Below are positions 27,421 to 36,355 of a stretch of 64,000 nt of DNA, piece after piece. Origin of the DNA: a bacterium (GTDB taxonomy: Bacteria; Electryoneota; Electryoneia; Electryoneales; Electryoneaceae). The notes below the pieces were generated by a model. The model made no database searches and was not told the DNA's origin. It worked only from the letters and a program-made list of their open reading frames with translations. Both the position numbers and the translations under genes were made by a program. Position 1 is the stretch's first letter; every line of letters begins with the position of its first letter. The DNA lies in contig CAXXKJ010000002.1 in the NCBI GenBank assembly GCA_963675295.2, positions 3,136,001 through 3,200,000 of the forward strand, read 5' to 3'.

Positions 27421-30400
27421 CTATTTCATCAGCAACAGTTTTTTCGTCTGGCGCACGTCCCCAGCCTCGAGCACGGCGAAGTAGATGCCGGTCGCCCGGG
27501 TGCCAGTGGTCCATACGACCTGGTGGCGTCCAGCGGCACGGCGGTTGTTGTCAAGCACCGCGACCTCACGCCCGAGTACGTCGTACACCGCCAGCCGTAC
27601 CTCGCCCGGTGACGGCAGCGCGTACTGCAAGGTCACCGTCGAGTTGAACGGGTTCGGGTAGGCCTTCTCAAACGACGTCTGCGACGGAAGCGCTGCTGCG
27701 CCGGTTGCTTCATCGACCGCAAGGTAGTTGCGGTAGACGGTGACAGCGGATGTGTCCCGTATTCCACCTTCCTGCGAATGGAAGACGAGGTCGAAACGGT
27801 GCGAGATGTACGGTGTCAGATCGTCCATCGGCAGATCAACCTGCATCTCGGTCAACCCTGACGGGAACTCGCTGGGCCCGTACGAAGCGACGGGATCAAC
27901 GTTCAGCCCGCACCAGTACTCCCGGAAGATGCCATCCTCGGCGAGCAGCACGACACCTTGTTGAATCCCCTCACGATACGACTCATACGTCATCGCGACC
28001 GGTTCGTAGCCGATCTCCGGGAACAGCGGATACGGGATCTCCAGCTCGCCTGTGTCCACATTCATCTCGCTGAACATGGCGTTCCCGGCCGGATTTTCCG
28101 CGAGGATTTGCACCATATCCGGTTGTGGATCAGTGTAGCTCCGGTAGCTCAGCGTCCGAACCTTCAGCCCGCGCAGATCGTAGGTCGTAAGAACCGTTCC
28201 CGCAGCGTCGAGGCAGTACAGGATTCTGGTTTCATTGTCCGCGACGTACCAGGCGTTGTCATGGTACGCGAGGCCGGCGGGTTCACGAATGGCATCCGGC
28301 AACGCGAGGCTGTCCACGATCGAGTATGCCGGGTCGGCGTCTCCGTCCAGCAGGAAAATCTTGTCCTCGAACAGCGCACCGATGGTGACGTCCTGATAGA
28401 ATGCGCCGTCTGCCATGCCGACATAGCCGAAACGGATGGGCTGCATGTGATTGGTGAAACCGCCGACGTCGTACTCGTGCTTCAACAGCCTCGGCTGGGT
28501 GAAGAGAAAACCAGCTGTCAGGATTCCGTCAACATCCGCGATCACGCAACGTGCGCTGTCTACCGGCACTGCGGCGACGACATCGGCCGTCCAATCGGCA
28601 CCACCAGGCGGCACGGCGGAAACATCCACCATGATCGGGTTCGGATCCGCGTTCATGACATCGAATTTCAGGTACATCAGCTGCGGAATGTCCGCGGTCA
28701 GCGTAATGTTGTCCGGGGTAACGTTGAACGGATCCAGGTCCAGATTCACCGCCAGCTCACCGGTTTCGCCGCTCGCAACTTCGATGTCCGAGTAGTAGTG
28801 CCGCTCAGTCCCGGGCAGCTCAACGGTTACATCATATATCCCGGGCAGCACACGTTCGACCAGCAGCGAGTCCGTCCCGGCCGCCTTCCGCACGACTTCC
28901 CCGTTGCCAACCGTCACCGTGAACGAATCCGGAACCGCCGCATCGTCTATCACGACCTGCAAGCTGCCGTAGTCGTACATGTCGTCGAGGTAGGCGTGCG
29001 CAAGGTCGACACGCAGCCGTCCTGCACCGTACTTGTTGTCAAAGCCGGGGTCGCCGCCATCGTCAGCGGACATCATGATCGCCTCAGCGATGGCTTCCGG
29101 CGGTGCCTGTGGATGAATGTCACGCAGTAGGACCATCGCCCCGCCGGCTACAGGTGTTGACGCTGAGGAGCCTGTGAAAGTGGTGTAGCCGTTGACCGGG
29201 TAATCGTCCGTCGTCGGAATCTCGGTTGGTGCAATGATATCCGGTTTCTTCAGGCCGGGTAAGGCGCCTTCCGCCCACGGATAGTCCTGAAACACCAGCG
29301 GATATTCGGGTTCTTCCCACGCCGCCGGGCCGTCACCGCTGTAGTACTTCGCGGTGCCGTTCGAATCGTGCGCGCCGATGCCCATCACGCCGGTGATGCC
29401 GCCACCCTCGACATACTGTTCCGGGTGCAGGAACGGCGGCGGGCAATTGCCGGGGCAGGCGATGTTCCACGGAACGTATGGTCCGCCGCTGCCGTCGTTG
29501 CCCACCGAATTTGAGCTGATGACACCAACCGCAAGCAGCGCCCAATACGTATAGCGATGCGTCACGTAATCCGGGATGTAGTTCGGCGCGTTGTATTTGT
29601 AGCTCATGGACGACGAGATGACAGACGCGCCGTTGATGACGGCGTACTGCACCGCCGCCACGCGTGTCCCTTCGCTGATCCAGTTGTCAGCATAGTTGCG
29701 GATCATGATCCAGCGGGCGTCCGGGGCAATACCGGTTTGTGTGCCAAGGGTACCATCACCGCAGACAATCCCGGTGCACTTGGTGCCGTGTCCTTGCGCG
29801 TCACTGATGTCCGGCGTGTTGTGGTAGAAATTCCAGCCGTGGATGTCGTCGATGTACCCGTTGCGGTCGTCGTCGATGCCGTTCCCGTCGATCTCGTCCT
29901 CGTTGATCCACTGGTGGTCGATCAGGTCGTCGTGCGGGTCGACACCACTGTCGATCAACGCGACAATCACACTTTCGCCAGTGTAGCCAAGGCTCCACAG
30001 ATCGTCCGCGCCGATGTAGGGAATCGCCCACGAGATTTCGTCCAACTCATCCGGGTTGGGTTCAGGCAGATCCGGGTCCGGCATCTCATCGTTGACCGAT
30101 TCAAACGGCAGCGGCGGCTGGTAACGGATCCGTTCGACTTCGTCCAACTCGGCGAGTTGATCCATCCGGTCGGCCTGGAGTTGCACCGCGAAGCCGTGCG
30201 CGATCCACAGCGGGTACAGGTTACGCGCCCGCCCCGCCTGCTCTTCCGCGCGCAGCCAGCTTTCGGTTGCGGACGCGGACTGGTTGAAGTGGGTCTGCAA
30301 TGTGGTGATGGCGTACTCTCGCCGTTCCGGCAACGTCATCCCCTGCACCATAGCGAGCAAATCGTCCAAAGGGTACGGGTTCTCGATCCCGATGAACACG

Positions 30401-30546
30401 GGGACCAGTTCGTCGACAGCGGCGGTCGACAGGTGATCGCTGAGGTTGTTCTCGTAGACGGGAAGCCGTGGCGCGGAGAATGCGGCCGAAAGGATGGCAA
30501 AACTGAGCGTAAGTGCAAGTACACCAAATCGTTGCAAGCGGTTCAT
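27421..30546 (-). CDS. Secreted S8 serine peptidase with prodomain and YPNPFN sorting domain
   Basis: IDSG, GHGTKCTG, SVGN, KPDI.AP, FTGSSASTP, AYPNPFNS..TGIYF. Confidence 0.88.
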   Translation of the reverse strand: MNRLQRFGVLALTLSFAILSAAFSAPRLPVYENNLSDHLSTAAVDELVPVFIGIENPYPLDDLLAMVQGMTLPERREYAITTLQTHFNQSASATESWLRAEEQAGRARNLYPLWIAHGFAVQLQADRMDQLAELDEVERIRYQPPLPFESVNDEMPDPDLPEPNPDELDEISWAIPYIGADDLWSLGYTGESVIVALIDSGVDPHDDLIDHQWINEDEIDGNGIDDDRNGYIDDIHGWNFYHNTPDISDAQGHGTKCTGIVCGDGTLGTQTGIAPDARWIMIRNYADNWISEGTRVAAVQYAVINGASVISSSMSYKYNAPNYIPDYVTHRYTYWALLAVGVISSNSVGNDGSGGPYVPWNIACPGNCPPPFLHPEQYVEGGGITGVMGIGAHDSNGTAKYYSGDGPAAWEEPEYPLVFQDYPWAEGALPGLKKPDIIAPTEIPTTDDYPVNGYTTFTGSSASTPVAGGAMVLLRDIHPQAPPEAIAEAIMMSADDGGDPGFDNKYGAGRLRVDLAHAYLDDMYDYGSLQVVIDDAAVPDSFTVTVGNGEVVRKAAGTDSLLVERVLPGIYDVTVELPGTERHYYSDIEVASGETGELAVNLDLDPFNVTPDNITLTADIPQLMYLKFDVMNADPNPIMVDVSAVPPGGADWTADVVAAVPVDSARCVIADVDGILTAGFLFTQPRLLKHEYDVGGFTNHMQPIRFGYVGMADGAFYQDVTIGALFEDKIFLLDGDADPAYSIVDSLALPDAIREPAGLAYHDNAWYVADNETRILYCLDAAGTVLTTYDLRGLKVRTLSYRSYTDPQPDMVQILAENPAGNAMFSEMNVDTGELEIPYPLFPEIGYEPVAMTYESYREGIQQGVVLLAEDGIFREYWCGLNVDPVASYGPSEFPSGLTEMQVDLPMDDLTPYISHRFDLVFHSQEGGIRDTSAVTVYRNYLAVDEATGAAALPSQTSFEKAYPNPFNSTVTLQYALPSPGEVRLAVYDVLGREVAVLDNNRRAAGRHQVVWTTGTRATGIYFAVLEAGDVRQTKKLLLMK

Positions 30547-30959
30547 GTGCAAATCCTGATCAACGCTGTGGTTTATGGTGATACGCCTGGACTGGGCAAA
30601 AGTGCCCGTTGGACTGGGATCTGCGGAATCTTGCGTCGCATCTCGTTCTCGCAGTGACCTGCTGCATCTCGCGGCGGCCCGTCACATCCTTCTGTTAAGC
30701 TAACCCCTCACGCAGACCGGTGCAACGCGTGCAGGTTTTCGGGCGAAACTCACCCATCGCCGTGTAAAAACGCCAAGACGTCTTTTTACGGATCGAGGCC
30801 GAGTCCAAAGCTGGCTGTGACCTCGGAGCTGACCAGCGAACGGGAGCACCCTGATGGCAATTTCATGAGATCGCTGAGCCGTGGAAATCCTTTGCCTGCG
30901 TGAGGAATCGGGCGTATCTTTGTGGGAGAACTCGGGGTGGAGACGCCTGGTTTCTCAAC

Positions 30960-30988
30960 TTGCATGAGTGGGTGAGATCGTCTAACTT
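30960..30988 (+). promoter_or_regulatory. Sigma70-type promoter of tRNA-Arg
   Basis: TTGCAT-N17-TAACTT, 15 bp upstream of the tRNA. Confidence 0.55.
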
Positions 30989-31003
30989 TGGGTCTCGCGT
31001 TAC

Positions 31004-31080
31004 GCGCCTGTAGCTCAACTGGATAGAGCACCTGACTACGGATCAGGAGGTTTGGGGTTCGAATCCCTACAGGCGTACCA
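31004..31080 (+). tRNA. tRNA-Arg(ACG)
   Basis: Cloverleaf: acceptor GCGCCTG/CAGGCGT, anticodon arm CCTGA-CTACGGA-TCAGG, GGTTCGAATCC T-arm, encoded CCA. Confidence 0.97.
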
Positions 31081-31087
31081 GTAATAT

Positions 31088-31126
31088 CAAGGGGTTACGG
31101 GCAACCGTAGCCCCTTGTTTTGTTTT
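31088..31126 (+). terminator. Intrinsic terminator after tRNA-Arg (near-copy at ~59772-59809)
   Basis: CAAGGGGTTACGG-GCAA-CCGTAGCCCCTTG plus T-rich tail. Confidence 0.75.
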
Positions 31127-31127
31127 C

Positions 31128-31248
31128 ATGGGGCACTGGTGGGGCAGTGTCCGCCAAAATCCTCAGCTTGTAGCAGCCATTCACCCCCCCGCCTTTTTGC
31201 CCCAGATTCCTGCATATTTACACGCTGAGTGCCCCGTGAGTGCCCCAC
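31128..31248. promoter_or_regulatory. Putative integrase arm-type sites: RTGGGGCA pairs with 11-bp period (31128/31139 forward; 31230/31241 inverted)
   Basis: The same paired motif recurs at the att-like ends (38445/38456, 59583/59594, 59812). Confidence 0.65.
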
Positions 31249-31324
31249 CAAACGCAAGAGCTACTAGAAATCTCATGTTTTATAAGGCTTTCAGAGGATT
31301 TTTCTTCTGAATGATAATCAGGTG

Positions 31325-31353
31325 TTGACTTCGCTCGGGGCTTTTTGTAGCTT
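31325..31353 (+). promoter_or_regulatory. Sigma70-type promoter of the integrase
   Basis: TTGACT-N17-TAGCTT. Confidence 0.5.
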
Positions 31354-31426
31354 GTTGGAGGTTGCTGGTGGGGGTCGTGTTGGACACGGCAGGGTTTCAC
31401 CGGCAGCGAAGCCCGGGAGAGGCACC

Positions 31427-32473
31427 ATGGCGAATATCGAACGCAGAAAAGCGAAAGACGGTTCAACATCCTACCGTGTGAAGATTCGTCTTCAGGGGCA
31501 CCCTACCGAAACCAAGACATTCGGCAAGCTGACAGAAGCCCGGGATTGGGCACAGGAAACCGAAGCCAACATTCGGGCGGGACGATATCTCCCCTCCATG
31601 GAAGCACGGAAGCACACGTTAAGCGATCTGGTGGATCGGTACCTTAAGAACGTGATCCCGGAAAAGAAATCCGGCAAGGATCAGGTGTACCAGCTTGAAT
31701 GGTGGCGTGATCGAATAGGGACGTATCCACTCGCCAGTGTAACGGCAGCACTGATTTCCGAATGCCGGGACGAACTGAAACAGAGCGGCAAGAGCAATGC
31801 AACGGTGAACCGGTTCCTTGCCGTGCTAAGCCATGCGTTCACCCTTGCCGAGCGTGAATGGGAGTGGATTGATTCCAACCCGTTCCGCAAGGTGTCCAAG
31901 CTGAAAGAACCGCGAGGGCGCGTGCGTTTCCTCTCCGATGAAGAACGTGAACGGCTGTTGACCGCGTGCCAGCAAAGCCATAATCCCGACTTGTACACCG
32001 TTGTTCTGCTCTCCCTGTCCACGGGTGCCCGAAAGATGGAGATTTGGGGACTTACGTGGGATCAGATCGACTTTGCCCGGGAAGTGATCGTATTGCACGA
32101 GACGAAGAACCAGGAACGCCGGGTTCTGCCGTTGAAAGGCAAGGCTCTGGACTTGATCCGTGAACGTTCCATGGTACGCCGGTTGGATACCAGATTGATT
32201 TTCCCGAGCACGTCGAACGCAAACAAGCCGATGGATTTTCGCAGTGCATGGGAAACGGCTCTCAAGCACGCGGAGATTGAAGATTTCCGCTGGCACGACC
32301 TCCGGCACTCGGCAGCGTCCTATCTTGCAATGTCGGGCGCTACTTCGGCAGAAATTGCAGCTGTGCTGGGGCACAAGACACTGTCCATGGTGAAACGGTA
32401 TTCCCATCTCAGCGAGGCTCACACGGCTTTGGTTGTCGAACGGATGAATAAGCTCTTTGTGGAGGGAGCATGA
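31427..32473 (+). CDS. Tyrosine recombinase / phage-type integrase
   Basis: N-terminal arm-binding-like MANIERRK..YRVKIR, TGARK.E, KN, HDLRH, LGH and RYSH catalytic motifs. Confidence 0.95.
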   Translation: MANIERRKAKDGSTSYRVKIRLQGHPTETKTFGKLTEARDWAQETEANIRAGRYLPSMEARKHTLSDLVDRYLKNVIPEKKSGKDQVYQLEWWRDRIGTYPLASVTAALISECRDELKQSGKSNATVNRFLAVLSHAFTLAEREWEWIDSNPFRKVSKLKEPRGRVRFLSDEERERLLTACQQSHNPDLYTVVLLSLSTGARKMEIWGLTWDQIDFAREVIVLHETKNQERRVLPLKGKALDLIRERSMVRRLDTRLIFPSTSNANKPMDFRSAWETALKHAEIEDFRWHDLRHSAASYLAMSGATSAEIAAVLGHKTLSMVKRYSHLSEAHTALVVERMNKLFVEGA

Positions 32474-33297
32474 AGAATGCACGCAGTGCATCCGTCATGA
32501 TGAAAATGCCGGACGGGCACGTGTCAAAGGGATATAATGGTGGCGAAATATTTGGTACTGTACGTTGGGTTGAGCCCAATGCACACGAAAAAGGGTATGA
32601 AGAGGAACGAGGCAAACTTGCCGCAGGGCGAATTTTTGGAACTGTAGGATGGTCACCTGAACAAGAACGTAAATGGATACCTTTAAAACAGCCTGTATCA
32701 CTTGCGCATCAAGATCCAAAGGGAATAAATCCAGAGGCTTGGTATACTCACGATGAAAGCATTGTTCCTGATAATTTTAGACCATATGAACAGGGATACG
32801 ATAATTCTGATGCATTTACAGAGTTTTTAAATCGTGCTAAATCCAACGACAGCGAATCAGCGGCAAGAATGCTAACAACATTTTTCTTGTATTTGAATGA
32901 TCCCCATATAATGCCTCCGATAATGCGTCAATTCCTTAGAGAGCTTCTATTTTTGCTGAGTCAGGGTGTTGATGTGCGCAAATTGATAGGCATTAAAAAA
33001 GGAAGTGGCAGAAAACGGAGAAATACTGACGAAGAAATACAAATTGCTGTTCGAGTAGAGGATTTGATACTTAAAGGTAATTCGCAAATAGGCGCTTGTA
33101 GGAAACTGATAGAGGAAGATCCCAATCTGACGGCTAAATATGAAACACAAAAAGGCCGCAAGGATGAGCCAGCAGCAGGAATTCGTAGGATACACAACCG
33201 CTACAGGAATGAGATTCGTGCCAAACGTGCACTTCCGGTTTCACCCGGTCACGGAATCATGTTGGGCAACATCATGGTGAAGATGGGTCCACCCTAA
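32470..33297 (+). CDS. Hypothetical protein (AT-rich, possible C-terminal HTH)
   Basis: ATGA overlap with int, GGAG RBS, terminator follows. No family recognised. Confidence 0.55.
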   Translation: MKNARSASVMMKMPDGHVSKGYNGGEIFGTVRWVEPNAHEKGYEEERGKLAAGRIFGTVGWSPEQERKWIPLKQPVSLAHQDPKGINPEAWYTHDESIVPDNFRPYEQGYDNSDAFTEFLNRAKSNDSESAARMLTTFFLYLNDPHIMPPIMRQFLRELLFLLSQGVDVRKLIGIKKGSGRKRRNTDEEIQIAVRVEDLILKGNSQIGACRKLIEEDPNLTAKYETQKGRKDEPAAGIRRIHNRYRNEIRAKRALPVSPGHGIMLGNIMVKMGPP

Positions 33298-33326
33298 GAG
33301 GATTTACTTCAGCTAGCTATCCGATC

Positions 33327-33359
33327 AACGGCCTCGAACTTTTTGAGGCCGTTTTTTTA
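33327..33359 (+). terminator. Intrinsic terminator
   Basis: AACGGCCTC..GAGGCCGTT stem plus T7. Confidence 0.7.
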
Positions 33360-33437
33360 TTCACAGAACTCACAGCTACTTCCGGGAAAACACAGGCAAA
33401 AAGCTTGCTGTTCAATCACCTACAACCGGAGGAAGTG

Positions 33438-33650
33438 GTGCATTCCCAAAGCGAAACTCGACGTTTGTACACCATCCGTGAAGCCGTTGAAGCTGGCTGG
33501 TGGCCCTCAGAATCCGGCTTACGCTGGCTCGTTTTCCGCAGTGCCCAAAACGGTCTCGGTCCTGTCATTCGCCGGATCAACGGCAGAGTGCTGTTAGACG
33601 AGAGCGAATGGTGGCGATGGGTGGATCAACACGCCGAAGCACGTTCCTGA
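33438..33650 (+). CDS. Excisionase/AlpA-like small DNA-binding protein
   Basis: LYTIREAV..PSESGLRWLVF..IRRINGRVLLD...W.RW winged-helix pattern. GGAGGA RBS. Confidence 0.65.
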   Translation: MHSQSETRRLYTIREAVEAGWWPSESGLRWLVFRSAQNGLGPVIRRINGRVLLDESEWWRWVDQHAEARS

Positions 33651-33784
33651 CTGACTACCTGCCGGAGAATCGCGTTCTACGTAAAAACCATGCCTGTACA
33701 GGCGGGTTTTCCGAACGATCTCCCGGAATTGGCAGGCAGGGACGTTTGTCCCCTTGTGATGAAAAAACGTGCTGAGGAAGCCCG

Positions 33785-34075
33785 ATGAATTCAACGAACA
33801 CAAAACGCCGGTCTGCCCGGTTAAAAGCACAACACGGAATCCTCTCGCCCCTGAAAGCGATCCGGGCGAATTGTCTGGATTGCATGGGCGGGAGTCCAAA
33901 GGCTGTCGCCGAATGCAACATTCCCGGCTGTCACTGTTGGCCCTATCGGTTCGGACGTAACCCGCAAGCGAACGATCTCCGCGCCCCTGTGTTCAACCGT
34001 AAGGGTGAGCTGGTAGGCTGGCAGGAGTGGCAAGGGTACGGTGAGCCCATGCGTTGCGAGCAGACGGAAGACTGA
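33785..34075 (+). CDS. Small Cys-rich (probable Zn-binding) phage/satellite protein
   Basis: PLKAIRANCLDC.GGS..V.EC....C..WPYRFG.NP motif. GAGG RBS. Confidence 0.6.
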   Translation: MNSTNTKRRSARLKAQHGILSPLKAIRANCLDCMGGSPKAVAECNIPGCHCWPYRFGRNPQANDLRAPVFNRKGELVGWQEWQGYGEPMRCEQTED

Positions 34076-35529
34076 GGCCGGTGCCTGCCGCAACCGACAA
34101 GGTGAGGCTGTCCCCTGTATCCAGCAACGGAACACAGTCAAACCCGAACCAGCCGGGGAAATGGGATCGTGTCCCCTCTCCCCTGCCGGAGTATCGCCAG
34201 TGGGTTGTATGGCAGGCAGAAGCCCGGGGAGACCGTACTGCCAAAGTGCCGATTGATCCGGTGACCGGCAAAAGGCTAGCGGACTGGCAGCACCCGAACC
34301 AGCACCTCAGTTTTTCGGAAGCTGTCCAGTATCACGCCGAGGGAATCGGGGACGGTATCGGATTCGTTTGCACCGGCACCGATGGACTTGTCTGGCTGGA
34401 CATTGACAAAGCCATTAACGAAGATGGGGAGCTTGCTGACGCTGTCTATGCCATGCTCCGGCAATTGGATGCACCCGGTGAACTATCGCTATCAGGTCAA
34501 GGCTATCACGTCCCCGTGTACGCCCCGAACGTTGCGCAAGCGATCCAAGCACAAGGTACAGGGAAACTCTTACTGGACGGCAAGCAACACGGGTTCGGCG
34601 GTCTCGAAGTATTCGTCACCAATTGCTTTATCGCGAATACCGGCGATTTCAGGAACCCGCAGCTCACCAAGGTTCCGAATCGGGATCAGGTATTAGACAG
34701 ACTGTTGCGCGAGATGTGGCCCGATAAGTGGCCTCCAGCGACAAGACAGGAAAGCTCCCCAGCCACATACACAAGCGGGACCGTTACAAAGAGCTCCCGT
34801 CCTGCGGCCCCGCTGTCGGAAGCCGATTCCATCATGCTGCAACGAATGCTATCCCAGAGGGACCGAGGGAAGTTTCGTAAGCTGTTTGGCAAGATAGACG
34901 CCCCTCCGCTCCCTATAAGCAACACACTCGGTTATGATACCCGATCTCACACAGATATGGCGCTGGCTTGCAAGGTTGCGTTTCGCTGTTTCGGCAAGAA
35001 CGGACGTGGGATTGACCAGGCTCGCCGGATCATGTGGGCCTCCCAGCTTAGACGGGACAAATGGAACGAGCGCCGGGGGACCACAACCTATCTTGATCTT
35101 ACGATTGCAGGGGCGCTCGAATTTGTTATGGCAAACGGTGGAGTCTGGAACGGCAACCCGAACAAGCGAGCGTACAAGTACAAACAACCGCCCGCAGCTC
35201 TGGTGCCACCAGTTCCCCGAGATCGGCTCGAAAAGGACACACTTTCTGAATCAAAGCTAATTGATCTCGATTTGAATGCAGCAGAACGTGCCACATACTA
35301 CGCTCTACGAGACCAGAATCGCGGAGATTCGTTTTGCCACCCTTCACAATCGTTCCTTGCCAAGAAACTCGGGATCACCGTCCGATCCGTTCGTAGCCAC
35401 ATCCGCTCGCTCGAAAAGGGGGGGATACTGATTTCCGAGCCGTGGCAGCGCCGCGACGGCAAGCGAAGCAAAGTGAACATGTATTGGTTCCTGAAGATAC
35501 CGGAAAATCTTTCCGGTGAACGCGAGTAA
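34054..35529 (+). CDS. Primase-polymerase (NrS-1-like AEP plus helical bundle) fused to a C-terminal HTH; start uncertain
   Basis: QWVVW..KVP, GIGFV, LDID, ELSLSGQGYH, EVF, TGD; S.TDMALA..RRDKW..TY; PSQSFLAKKLGITVRSVRSHIRSLEK.G HTH. Confidence 0.8.
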   Translation: MRADGRLRPVPAATDKVRLSPVSSNGTQSNPNQPGKWDRVPSPLPEYRQWVVWQAEARGDRTAKVPIDPVTGKRLADWQHPNQHLSFSEAVQYHAEGIGDGIGFVCTGTDGLVWLDIDKAINEDGELADAVYAMLRQLDAPGELSLSGQGYHVPVYAPNVAQAIQAQGTGKLLLDGKQHGFGGLEVFVTNCFIANTGDFRNPQLTKVPNRDQVLDRLLREMWPDKWPPATRQESSPATYTSGTVTKSSRPAAPLSEADSIMLQRMLSQRDRGKFRKLFGKIDAPPLPISNTLGYDTRSHTDMALACKVAFRCFGKNGRGIDQARRIMWASQLRRDKWNERRGTTTYLDLTIAGALEFVMANGGVWNGNPNKRAYKYKQPPAALVPPVPRDRLEKDTLSESKLIDLDLNAAERATYYALRDQNRGDSFCHPSQSFLAKKLGITVRSVRSHIRSLEKGGILISEPWQRRDGKRSKVNMYWFLKIPENLSGERE

Positions 35530-35775
35530 ACAGAACGCGCTTTTGTTAACAATGGCGCGGGTTTCAGCGTTTGAGGGTAGAATCTGGTAGGGTCACTCTA
35601 CGATACACAGGAAAAGAGGAGAAGGTGTACCCTACCACATTAAACAGCTGTCAGTGTAACACCTGTGATGTCTTCGAGTTAGACGGCGAATTTAGACGGT
35701 TTCACCGGAAAAGTGAGGGACATTATTCCGCTGGTGAAACAGTAGCAAACCGTAACATTCAGGAGGGATAATCGT

Positions 35776-36120
35776 ATGTCGTGGCCAAGACGAAGACGGC
35801 GAAGAAAAATGAGAGCGTTTTCCCTGTGTCGCCGGATGGACTTTCAGACACCGGCAGCGGCCATGCACTCGCCGTTGCTGAGGTGCATGTGGGAGATTCG
35901 ACGTGAACTTGAGGAGAACGGATTGCTCTACCGTGCGGAACTGGTGGCCTACCTGAGCCAGCCGTCCAGAAATGACAGCAGCGACGGCGAAACATACCAC
36001 CCTGCACGGATCTACCAGGCACTAAAAGTGCTGGAAGCTGGTGGCGAGGTAACACTCTGGCGATCATCCGATCCATACCGAACGCTTATCATGCACGTAC
36101 GCCCACCTTGGACCCGCTGA
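35776..36120 (+). CDS. Hypothetical small protein, possibly winged helix
   Basis: AGGAGG RBS. RIYQALKVLEAGGEV resembles a wHTH recognition helix and wing. Confidence 0.45.
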   Translation: MSWPRRRRRRKMRAFSLCRRMDFQTPAAAMHSPLLRCMWEIRRELEENGLLYRAELVAYLSQPSRNDSSDGETYHPARIYQALKVLEAGGEVTLWRSSDPYRTLIMHVRPPWTR

Positions 36121-36355
36121 ATTAGGTCACCTTGTATTTTCGCCATTTTATACCGTAACCTGTTGGTATTCAGAGGGTATCAATTTCCCATATACTGCGC
36201 ATTTGCAGGAAACCGCACGTTGACTACCCACCTCTGAGAGCAAAAGCAAACCCCAGCGATAAACAGCGTTGGGGTTTTCGTGAATCTGCGTACAATAACC
36301 CTTACTTTGTGAACCAACTAGCATTGTTCAGATACCCGATCTGGAGGACGGGACG

